A stretch of DNA of 64,000 bases, from NCBI GenBank assembly GCA_950097015.1, contig CATNEN010000033.1, forward strand, positions 930,001 to 994,000, given 5' to 3'. This document shows, in pieces, positions 47,101 to 59,100 of the stretch. The position numbers were made by a program, and so were the translations under genes. The stretch comes from Macrostomum hystrix. Lineage: Eukaryota > Animalia > Platyhelminthes. Under the pieces are notes generated by a model. That model saw nothing but the letters and a program-made list of their open reading frames with translations. It was not told the DNA's origin and did no database searches. Position 1 is the first letter of the stretch, and each line of letters opens with the position of its first letter.

Positions 47101-50100
47101 AATAAGAAGTATCATTGTCATCAGCAGCAACAGCAGGGCTTCGTGACCGAAATTCGAAGCCAAGCAGGTGCCGCTAGAAAAGGCAGTAAAAAGCAGCAGC
47201 AGCAGCAGCAGCGCAGGCAACTTTCGAAATTCGAATTACTCTACTTAAGACCTAGCTCAAATTTCTCTCCAGGTCAAAGTCCTGTTTCTGCTAAAGGTAG
47301 TGATCAACTCAAACAATGCCAGTTCGAGTGCTAATACTGCGTGATGGACACCTTTTGCTTCCTAAATTAAAGAGTACTGAATGATAGTAGAGACAGACTT
47401 CTTCGCAACCAGCTACTCATAATTGCTGTCCTCAAGCCTAGGGTTTTCACTCTATATCCAACCTCCTATTATCCCATTTTCCTTCGCTCAACTATTTTTC
47501 TCGCAATGATTAAATTTTTTCATGCGCCCTCCAACTTGCTTACTCCTCAATTTGCGTTCCCAATGGATCGTTTCCCATTTTTCAGTCATTTTCTCGCCGC
47601 CTACTTATTCGTCCGCAGTTGGCTCCCTTAATATTCCCAATTTCAAGCACAAGACCAACTATTGGTTTTCCAGACCATTGCGGCCTCTGCAAACAGACAG
47701 ACATTTAAGAGAGGTCGGACCCAAGCGCTGCGTGAGCTTGCTGTCCAAATCCGGGTCAGTGATTTTTTTATGAACAAGGCAGCTGCCCCTGCAGCACGTC
47801 TTGTTCTTTTGTTCTTAATGAACATCCGCGCAGACCCAGTCAGTCACGTGTCTCTAGAAGTGTGGAATACAGTTTGTACTTCTAACTCGTACCTCTTTTT
47901 TAATCGTAAATGGGTTTTCCGAGCTTTAATAATGCTGTATTACGCTCGTAGATTAGTCACGTGACTTACAAACACTTCTTAGATGAGTCACGTGACTTTA
48001 GAAACACCTTTTAAATCAGTCACGTGACTTTAGAAACACCTTTTAGATCAGTCATGTGACTTTAGAAACACCATTTAGATCAGTCACGTGACTTTAGAAA
48101 TACCTTTTAGATCAGTCACGTGACTTTAGAAACACCTTTTAGATCAGTCACGTGACTTTAGAAATACCTTTTAGATCAGTCACGTGACTTTAGAAACACC
48201 TTTTAGATCAGTCACGTGACATTAGAAACGTCGGATTTCCTCTTCGTCGAATTCCCTCTTCGTCGAATCCCTACTACGTCGAATTCCCGCTTCGTCGACT
48301 TCCCGTCGAATTCCTGCTTCGTCGAATCCCTACTCCGTTTAATTCCCTCTTCGTCGAATTCCCATCAAATTCCTACTTCGTCAAATTCCCGTCGAATTCC
48401 CGCTTCGTCGAATCCCTACTCCGTTTAATTCCCTCTTCGTCGAATTCCCGTCGAATTCCTACTTCGTCGAATTCCCACTTCGTCGAATTCCCACTTCATC
48501 GAATTCCCACTTCCTTAAATGGGCGCTTTCATGATGCAGAGTAAAATTTCAGTTTCTTAGAATCAGCCAGCCAATCCGCAGCGGCCCAGGTTAAACACAA
48601 ACTCAATTAGCCGCTCTCCGATCAAGAAACGCTCTCCACTTAAAGATGGCCTGGAAGGCAGTGTGGCACTAAGTCCAGTGCGAAATGAACTAGCTCTTTA
48701 TTCTGCTGTGCACCAAGGTCAAATTGCATTTTAGCACACTATATAGTGCCTTCCCACTTCAGCCAACAAATGTTCCCTTTCTTACAAAATGCAACGCATA
48801 CTACAGGGGATCTTTCCGCCCTGTCTATCCCTTGGTTTGTACGCCTCACTTCCTTAGACAACCGCAGTTGGAGGGTAACTGCACTCCGTTCACTCGCTTG
48901 TTCAACCCACCGCCAACCAGTTTTTGCCTGTTAAATATAAGTGAATTTACGGCTGCAATGAGCATGTATTTGTGTATATGTCGACTAACTATATAATTGC
49001 TAGAGTTTAGCTGAAAAGTGTGCTTCGTTCTACGTCGCGAAATCAGCGATTCTCCTCTTAAATGCACTTTTAAACCCCACCCCCGTTCACGAGACCACGA
49101 ATAAAAGTTTTTTAAATTTCGTCTTGAGACACAGTATTATCTAAGGTAAACAGATCTAATGAAAACAAAAAATTAACTTTACACTTTGTGTCACATCATT
49201 TAGCACTGATAAATTTCTCGTCTCCGTAGCTTAATTTAACGGTGCAATAGCCACCTGTTGCCCAAGAGGATGAGTAACAGCTTGACTCTCACGCTAATGT
49301 CCCTGAGCTCGATTCCCCGGGGAGAGAAGGCTTGGGGAGTGAGAGTTTACAGTGCTTCGACGATTAAAAAGTGAGCGTGTGCTCAAGAGTCAGCGGAGTC
49401 GCCTCACGCAGGCTCGCACGTCAACAAACTAGTGCTCGAATCATCGATTTCTATAAATTCAGACAGCAGAACTGGACTTACGTTCACGTGGTGTACGATG
49501 ACACTAACTACGGCACAATGGCTTTCAACGTCTTCGAGCAGCTTATCGCAGCCGAGACTTCGACAGCTCGGCACAGTCGAGTCTGCATCTCAACAAAGAT
49601 TAAGATTGACAGCTCAGACTGGGAGCCGGCAGACTACAAGCGAGCCGTGCACGAGAACCTGCTGGCTCCGTCCAATGCCAATGGTGAGCTGATGAATCTG
49701 GGGTAGACGGCGAGGAATCTAGGATAGACGGAGAGGAATCTAGGATAGACGGAGAGGAATCTAGGGTAGACGGAGAGGAATCTAGGGTAGACGGAGAGGA
49801 ATCTAGGATAGACGGCGAGGAATCAAGGATAGACTCAGAGGAATCTAGGATAGACGGAGAGGAATCTAGGATAGACGGCGAGGAATCAAGGATAGATGGA
49901 GAGGAATCTTGGATAGACGGAGAGGAATCTAGGATAGACGGAGAGGAATCAAGGATAGACTGAGAGGAATCTAGGATAGACGGCGTGGAATCTAGGATAG
50001 ACGGCGTGGAATCTAGGATAGACGGCGTGGAATCTAGGATAGACTGAGAGGAATCTAGGATAGACGGCGTGAAATCTAGGATAGACTGAGAGGAATCCAG

Positions 50101-53100
50101 GATAGACGGCAAGGAATCTAGGATAGACTGAGAGGAATTTATGATAGACGGAGAGGAATCTAGGATAGACGGCGAGGAATCTAGGATAGACTGAAAGGAA
50201 TCTAGGATAGACGGCGAGGAACTAGTAAAGATTGGTAGTGAGACCGGCAGATTTCATGACCCCACGAAGCAGTGTGACCTGCTGGGCCAACCAAGCCAAC
50301 TGCGACCCAGGGGCAACAGCTGCTGGCATCGAAAGCCATAAATTCAAGCCATCACCACACAGAAGGCTTGCAGTGGCGGTCGGCAGGGATTTATTTATCA
50401 GATGGGATGTTTCTGGTAACTCCAGTCAGCGGGAATAAAGTGAATGAACTTGGCTGTCCAGGGAAGCCCCACTGAGGAAATTTGGGAAGTGCTTCAAATG
50501 GGATTGTCGAGATAGTAAAGGGTTTCCTGTGTGTTTCTACAGGAAAGCAGCTACTCAACCTGCGGCCTCAGAAATTGACCAGCTTAGCCACATCTTTATG
50601 AAGACCTCCTTATTAGCATGATTACATGCTCTTATATGCTTCATATATATGAACTTGGAAACTTGTACGCTTTTTGAACACTATATTTACCTGTCTCCTT
50701 CCGGTGTGGAAAATCAGAAATTGCAGAAAGACTACTGGTAAGAGAAAACAGGGAGAAAAACTGACTTCCTTTGCGATCCGCTATGACTCAGTAACTGGAA
50801 TACACATTGGAGAGTGCTTTTTCACCAGCAAAGTGCACTGATTTGAGATGAGAAGGATGGCTGTGATGGGTTGTGGGATAAGGATGGCTGTGATGGATTG
50901 TGGGATAAGGAGGGCTGTGATGGGTTGTGGGATGTGGGATAAGGTACAGGACACTGCCGCGACCCATCTCTCGCAGTGGTTCTGGTGCTGTTGTCGCAGC
51001 CCACCTTGGCCGCATTCTTCGACGCTCTGGTTGCCTGCCGCCGACGCGGAGACTTCGCCGAATCGGCCGCATCGTCGGCAGGGGAGTCCGAAGGCGCCAA
51101 CAGCGCCAACCCTCAGGCCACGATGGCCGGGGCGGTGCAGGCGGAGGCGGAGGCTGACTGGCGCAGCCGGGTGCAGAAGCTGGACGGCCTGGCGTGGATC
51201 GGCACCGACACTTGGTCAATGCGGCGACGCCGACGCAGAGAAGAGCTCAGCTTCCTCAGCCGCTCCATCGTGCTGCTGCCGCGCACGGCCCACATTCCCG
51301 GCTTCGCCGAGCACATGAAGGGGCTCCGACCATCCCGCAGGCCGGAGAATCCTTGGCTGCGCGAGTGGTTCGAGGAGGAATGCGACTGCACTTATGCAGG
51401 CGGCGACGGGCTGGACTGCGTAAGCATCGAGGAGGACTGCAGCCGGCGCCTGCTTGCCGGTGAGATACTCGCGGCCCTCTCTCACCCTGTGTTTCTCAAA
51501 GAAATCTGTTTAGCAGTAGACCACGGGTGCATTTGAAATAGCCACATTTTTTCTGCCTAAATATTTCTCCTATTGCCATGAAAATGGTGTACAGGCTTAA
51601 ACGTTTCCGCTTTATCCCATGAAAAAACTTCCAGGATGATAAAACATCGGCATCGTCGAGACATTCAACGACTCTCGTCGGGGTGTCTGGTGGCCAAAAC
51701 CACCAATATAGGCATACTTTTTCTGCGCACAAAATTTCATCAAATTACCATGCCTACTATTATTGTTGGTTATATTGTTCATTATTTTATTATTGAACCG
51801 ATAAGGATTCGCCATAGAGGCTAACACATAGCAATGTTAGCTGTCCTTGTCACCAAAGTCTTCGACAAGAATCATTGAATATCTAGACGATGCTGACATA
51901 TGACGGCTTTGAGGGTTAGTTCATCGCAAAAGACGGAAAAAATTTTTCTATCTGTTCGACTTTCACGAAAATCGTTAATTCGGTTTGGGAGCCATCGTAG
52001 GCGGTGGGTATTTGAAATACCCCGTGGTCCTTCCCCAGGGGGGAATAGCTGTCTTTCTGCTGTTAAGTAGGTCTGCAGACACTCGCTCGCCATTTGGTGA
52101 TTGTCGCTGCCAGCGAGGAGGCAACTCGGCCTGATCAGCTGACTCCTAAGCACGCACAAGCGATTTTATTGTCAATCAGAATGCCTTGCAGAGGTTGGTC
52201 CTCATTGACGAAAATTGCACGACAAGCCTTCTCTCCGCGGCTACGCCACAAAATTAATATTGCCTCGCCGTGAATTCGAGCTCAGGACCTTTGTGTGGAA
52301 ATTGACCGCCACTTTGCCCCCCCCCGTTCACGATTGCAATTGGCTGGGGTAGATCAATGAGTCATGCCATTTAGCCAGCCAATCAGAAGCCGCCCACAAC
52401 CACCCCAATCGATTCGCTCACTGGAGGCTTCACCGAGCTGTCCTCACTGCACTTCGTGTCGGACGCCGTGCTGGCCTTCGCCCACGCAGTCAAGTCGATC
52501 CAGTCGGCTCTGTGGCCGAGACCGCTCACCGCCCAGCTGGTCACCGGAGATCTGCTCATGACTCACCTGAGAAATGTCAGCTTCACGAGTGAGTACGCAC
52601 TGATTTCCATCAGAAAAAGAATTGCATAGTTGTTGGTTTGAAAGCGGTCTCAATTCAAAGTTAAACAAATATTTAAACTCGTATTTGCCTTGATCCAAAC
52701 TATATTCAGAATTGTGCTGCGGGCACTAGTACATACACTAAGCCTAGATCTTAGTGGTAAATGCAGGAAATTTCACACCAATTATTGACCAATTTGTAAC
52801 AATTAATATTCTCAACTCTTCTATCGATAATATATTAGTTTTTAGTAATAATCAAAATTATTATATTTTAAAAGAATATTATTGATAAAAAATTAAATAA
52901 AATAAGTTTAATTTTATTAAATTTAAATGTTTAAGAAATAATTTTTTATTTTAATAAAAAATTATTATTATAAATAAAAATTAAGTTAATAAAAAAGATT
53001 AATAATTATTTTTGATAATGTGAAAATGCGAAAGACAATCGAAGTTTTCACAATTCAGCCACAACTGAATGGTCGATGAACTTATTTACTGACCGAATTC

Positions 53101-56100
53101 ATATACTCGTAGTTGGCACAGGAATATTTGAGCATAGGTAATCCTGGCAGTTGGGCGCCAATAAGCTCATAATATCCTGTTTATTTTCACACAATCTCCT
53201 GTGTCTAAAGCCTTTATTATAACCTATTGACAGCTGTCCTAAACCTTTCATTTAATTACAAATCCCTTGCAGGAAGATTATGATTTCAATTTAGGGACAA
53301 TATCTTACATAGGAAATTATAAGCGATTGTTTTCGGTGAAAAAATGTATTACCTGTGCAAAATAAATGAGAATATTAGTTGGCGTGATGGTTTGAATCTG
53401 TCATCCAGATTAATTTAGCACAGCACAGTAGGTGTGCACACTGCCTACTGAAGACTGGGGGGGCAGGTGTTCAGGTGAGAGGTGCTCAAGTGTGCTCAGG
53501 GGTGCTCAGGGTGCTCAGGGGTGCTCAGGGTGCTCAGGGGTGCTCAGGGGTGCTCAGGGGTGCTCAGGGGTGCTCAGGGGTGCTCAGGGTGCTCAGGGGT
53601 GCTCAGGGGTGCTCAGGGGTGCTCAGGGGTGTTCAGGGGTGCTCAGGGGTGCTCAGGCTGCTCAGGGCTGCTCAGGGGTGTTCAGGGGTGCTCAGGGGTG
53701 CTCAGGGCTGCTCAGGGGTGCTCACGGGTGCTCAGGGGTGCTCAGGGTGCTCAGGGGTGCTCAGGGGTGCTCAGGGGTGCTCAGGGTGCTCAGGGGTCAA
53801 GGGAATGGACAGAATTTGCACCCTCGCGGTTTGAAAATGCAAATCACGAATAGCGACTACTAAAACTTGTCACAATAAAAAAGGTACAACAAATAATAAA
53901 ATCAGAACAAAAGAACGAACTGCATCTTCTCACCTCATTCAGTTCAGACAATATACGTCTATGCATTGTGTCCACCCGCCTGTCTCATCTCCCATGAGTC
54001 TTGTACATTGTACGAGCCGTATAGTTTAGAAGTTTAGAAGGCTAATCAAACAAAATGTCTCCCATACAGCTGCTAGCGGAGACGAGAAACGAAAATCCAC
54101 TAAAAGTTCCTCTTAGCCTGCCGGGAGAGGAGGAATAAAGAATGGAGGACGGATACTTTCGAAATTCACGCCGCCACACGAGAGACTCTCCCTACCAGAC
54201 GACAGGATCTGTCGGTCTGGCTCAAGAAGGGATATTCGGATTGCTCAAAAGTCAATGCCGTCAATGGCGGAGTGCTCAGCGACAGACGCCATCTGCATAT
54301 TGATTTGCTGAGAGCTGCTGAGCTCAGGCAGGCAGCCCAGAACTGATCCGCCATGGCCTGGACAAAACTTCTCCTGGATGGCCAGAATCCTTTTTTGTGT
54401 CTCACTGCCGTAATGCTCAGCTGAACTCCTTCGACTGATGCTGCGATACTAGCCTCTTTAACTGTGTCTGTGCTTGTGTCTCTGTCTCCATCTGTGTCTG
54501 TGTCTCTGTCTCTATCTGTGTCTGTGTCTCTGTCTCTATCTGTGTCTGTGTCTCTGTCTCCATCTGTGTGTCCGTGTCTCTGTCTCTATCTGTGTCTGTG
54601 TCTCTGTCTCCATCTGTGTGCCCGTGTCTCTGTCTCTATCTGTGTCTGTGTCTCTGTCTCCATCTGTGTGTCTGTGTCTCTGTCTCTATCTGTGTCTGTG
54701 TCTCTGTCTCCATCTGTGTGTCCGTGTCTCTGTCTCTATCTGTGTCTGTGTCTCTGTCTGTGTCTGTGTCTCTGTCTCCATCTGTGTGTCCGTGTCTCTG
54801 TCTCTATCTGTGTCTGTGTCTCTGTCTGTGTCTGTGTCTCTGTCTCTATCTGTGTCTGTGTCTCTGTCTCTGTCTGTGTCTCTGTCTGTGTCTGTGTCTC
54901 TGTGTCTGTGTCTCTATCTGTGTCTGTGTCTGTGTCTCTGTCTGTGTCTGTGTCTCCATCTGTGTCTGTGTCTCCATCTGTGTCTCTGTCTCCATCTGTG
55001 TCTCTGTCTGTGTGTCTGTGTCTCTGTCTCCATCTGTGTCTATGTCTCTGTCTGTGTCTGTGTGTCTCTGTCTCTGTCTATGTCTCTGTCTGTGTCTGTG
55101 TCTCTGTCTGTGTCTGTGTCTCTGTCTCTATCTGTGTCTGTGTCTCTTTCTGTGTCTGTGTCTCTGTCTGTGTATCTGTGTCTCTGTCTGTGTATCTGTG
55201 TCTCTGTCTGTGTATCTGTGTCTCTGTCTCTGTCTGTGTGTCTGTGTCTCTATCTGTGTCTGTGTCTCTTTCTGTGTCTGTGTCTCTGTCTGTGTATCTG
55301 TGTCTCTGTCTCTGTCTGTGTGTCTGTGTCTCTGTGCCCATTTATTTTCTCGATGTCAATATCTCTCTATTTTATCTACGTTTCAGACTGGTACCTATCG
55401 TTTGCCCAGCTTCACTGGCTGCAGTGCAAAGAACAAATGTGGGACAAAGAAAATATTGCTTTCGAAATTGCTGAAAAGAAGCCGACTTGCTTTGGATCGC
55501 TTATATTTAGTCCTAGTCCAACTGCCTCTCACCGTTGGCTTCTAATGCGAGAATAGGACAAGAATGTGGACCAAAAACGGGAGGGTTTCTTTAAAGCGGA
55601 ATTGCCCTGGCCACAATGCTGAAGTAAATGCAAGCAGCTGACCCTTCAACTGCAGAAAGAGGTCGGAAACAATGGACTTTAACAATAAGTGTTTTAGATT
55701 TTCCCTAGAATCTAGAACTACAATTTACAATCAATATTTCCTCATTCGTTTTCTGTAATTTACAATGTAAAAATCAATGGTGAGCCTGAATTTCTCTCAT
55801 TAGGACAGATCCTAGCGGCTAGCAAAGTGTCTCTGCTTGTTGACGCACCCTTTCACCGATCTGCTCTGAGACACTAACTAAACGGCTGCCTTTTATCAAT
55901 TCCTAAGTCAAAGTCTAATTAGAGACTAGAAACTTAGCAACTCGTAACTACCAAATAAACAAAAGACATCTGACAAACTAACCAGAAATAACAAACACAG
56001 CTCAAGCACCTCAGGCAGTACGGATAGGCTCATTAATCTAAGCTCGATTCTGTTAAGAAATAATCCGAATAAGATCTACAAACCTGACAGAATGCACTGG

Positions 56101-59100
56101 CGAACTGTTCAAATTTCACAACGGAGTCGATGGACCGCCTGAATACTCCATCCAATACTACAATGCCTCTAAGGAGCAGTGGATCACGGATGGCAACTAT
56201 ATTGGTGAGTAATAGATCCCAGATCGTAGATCCCAGATCGTAGATCCCAGATCGTAGATCCCAGATCGTAGATCCCAGATCGTAGATCCCAGATCGTAGA
56301 TCCCAGATCGTAGATCCCAGATCGTAGATCCCAGATCGTAGATCCCAGATCGTAGATCCCAGATCGTAGATCCCAGATCGTAGATCCCAGATCGTAGATC
56401 CCAGATCGTAGATCCCAGATCGTAGATCCCAGATCGTAGATCCCAGATCGTAGATCCCAGATCGTAGATCCCAGATCGTAGATCCCAGATCGTAGATCCC
56501 AGATCGTAGATCCCAGATCGTAGATCCCAGATCGTAGATCCCAGATCGTAGATCCCAGATCGTAGATCCCAGATCGTAGATCCCAGATCGTAGATCCCAG
56601 ATCGTAGATCCCAGATCGTAGATCCCAGATCGTAGATCCCAGATCGTAGATCCCAGATCGTAGATCCCAGATCGTAGATCCCAGATCGTAGATCCCAGAT
56701 CGTAGATCCCAGATCGTAGATCCCAGATCGTAGATCCCAGATCGTAGATCCCAGATCGTAGATCCCAGATCGTAGATCCCAGATCGTAGATCCCAGATCG
56801 TAGATCCCAGATCGTAGATCCCAGATCGTAGATCCCAGATCGTAGATCCCAGATCGTAGATCCCAGATCGTAGATCCCAGATCGTAGATCCCAGATCGTA
56901 GATCCCAGATCGTAGATCCCAGATCGTAGATCCCAGATCGTAGATCCCAGATCGTAGATCCCAGATCGTAGATCCCAGATCGTAGATCCCAGATCGTAGA
57001 TCCCAGATCGTAGATCCCAGATCGTAGATCCCAGATCGTAGATCCCAGATCGTAGATCCCAGATCGTAGATCCCAGATCGTAGATCCCAGACACCCAAAA
57101 GCAAAGTGCCGTGTATTGTTCAGTTGCGTGAATAATACAATAAAATGGACACAATGACTATAGGAACCAGGAACTACACGGAGCGGCTGATTGTCGGCCA
57201 TCACCTGGCCGCCGTAATCGCCAGCTTCCCAGAGTCGCGCTGCTCAAACGACTGCGAGAAGGACGAGGCCAAACAATTCCCGACAAGCAGTTGCTGCTGG
57301 ATCTGCATAAAATGCGGCAGGTGAGACTTAAAGAACTCAAAGTATGTCCTCATATGCATCGATGTGTGATCTGCGACGTGGGATCTGAAATGTAGGATCT
57401 GGGTTGTAGGACCTGGGGATTTAATATCTGGGATGTGGGATCTGCGATGTGTGATCTGGGATGTAGGACCTGGGGATTTAATATCTGGGATGTGGGATCT
57501 GCGATGTGTGATCTGGGATGTAGGACCTGGGGATTTAATATCTGGGATGTGGGATCTGCGATGTGTTATCTGGGATGTGGGACCTGGGGATTTAATATCT
57601 GGGATGTGGGATCTGCGATGTGTGATCTGGGATGTGGGACCTGCGATGTGGGACCTGGGATGTGGGATCTGCGATGTGGGATCTGGGATGTGGGATCTGC
57701 GATGTGGGATATGCGATGTGGGACCTGGGATGTGGGATCTGCGATGTGGGATCTGCGATGTGGGATCTGGGATGTGGGACCTGGGATGTGGGATCTGCGA
57801 TGTGGGATCTGCGATGTGGGATCTGCGATGTGGGATCTGCGATGTGGGATCTGCGATGTGGGATCTGCGATGTGGGATCTGCGATGTGGGATCTGCGATG
57901 TGGGATCTGCGATGTGGGATCTGCGATGTGGGATCTGCGATGTGGGATCTGACGTTGGCTGAATATCAATCAATTAGAGTTGTTTAATTCGTGAAGAATA
58001 TTCAAAAGATTCATTAGTGATGACGGGCCCTTATGAGCGTCAGCTGCTACTATTGACTCGGTAAATTAACTTTCGATTTTCTATCCCCGGACCTCCAGAT
58101 ATGACATTGTTGAAACGCCGCAGTCCGATTCCGATCGTCAGCTTCGATCATTGCCAATGACGGCATCGTCGACGTCAACGTCGGCGGCTGGCCGGCAGGT
58201 CTGCAAAACGTGCCAAAATGGCAGCCAGCCATGACGCGACCAGACGGACCTGCCTGAAGCTGCCTCTGGTGTGGAGCGGCTACAGTCACCCACACACCGC
58301 CCCGGTGGCAGTGATCTCAGCACTCGGACTGGTCACCACTGCCGCATTCGGCCTGGTGTTTCTGTGCAAGCGGGACACGCCGCTAATCAAAGCCTCCTGG
58401 TGAGAAAGGAAGACTGAGCAATATAAGAAATGGAAAAAGTTGCATGCGGAGCTAATCAGCAAAGTTATGTACGAGATAACTGCTCACAGATGTTCGATTT
58501 AGATGTAGCTGAATTACACAATTTCTTCTTGTACGTTGAAAAGTCCGAAGTCAGCTTTTCACGAACTTTGAAACCCTTTATTCTTTAGTCCTAAAAACTT
58601 CGGTCACGCTTAAATGCCGTCACAGGCTAAATGACGTCACAGTTCAAATTACATATCATTTTTAATATCGTCACAGCACATTCTTTTAACTTCACAGCTC
58701 AAATCACGGCGCACCCTAACTGCGACGTCACATTTTAAGCTATGTCATCGTTTAAATGACGTCACAGTTTTATTGACGGCTGTATCAATAACGTGATTGA
58801 AAGATATTAAAACGACGTCACGGCTGCAATGTAGTCCTAATCAGTATTTAAATGACTTCACAGTTCAAATGACGTCACAGTTAAAATGACATCGCATTTT
58901 AAATTACGTCACAGTTAAAATGACGTCACAGTTTAAAAGACGTCACATTTTAACTGACGTCGTAGTTTAAATGACGTCAAGCTTGAATGACGTCGCATTT
59001 TAAATGCCGCTACAGTTTAAATGACGTTGCATATTAAGTGACGTCGAATTTTAAATAACGTCCAATTTAAAATTACGTCTAATTTTTTAATGACGTCACT

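Noticed and set aside
51420-51425. Alternative donor TGC|GTAAGC in GPCR exon 4
   Set aside because: Phase 0 does not match the phase 1 acceptor at 52427; the donor at 51459/51460 does.
54464-57987. Long ORFs (300-370 aa) over the microsatellite and the 14-bp arrays, likewise those at 3222, 6219, 9545, 27904, 42810 and 53432
   Set aside because: Open in several frames only because the repeat unit lacks stops; they lie inside introns or intergenic arrays.
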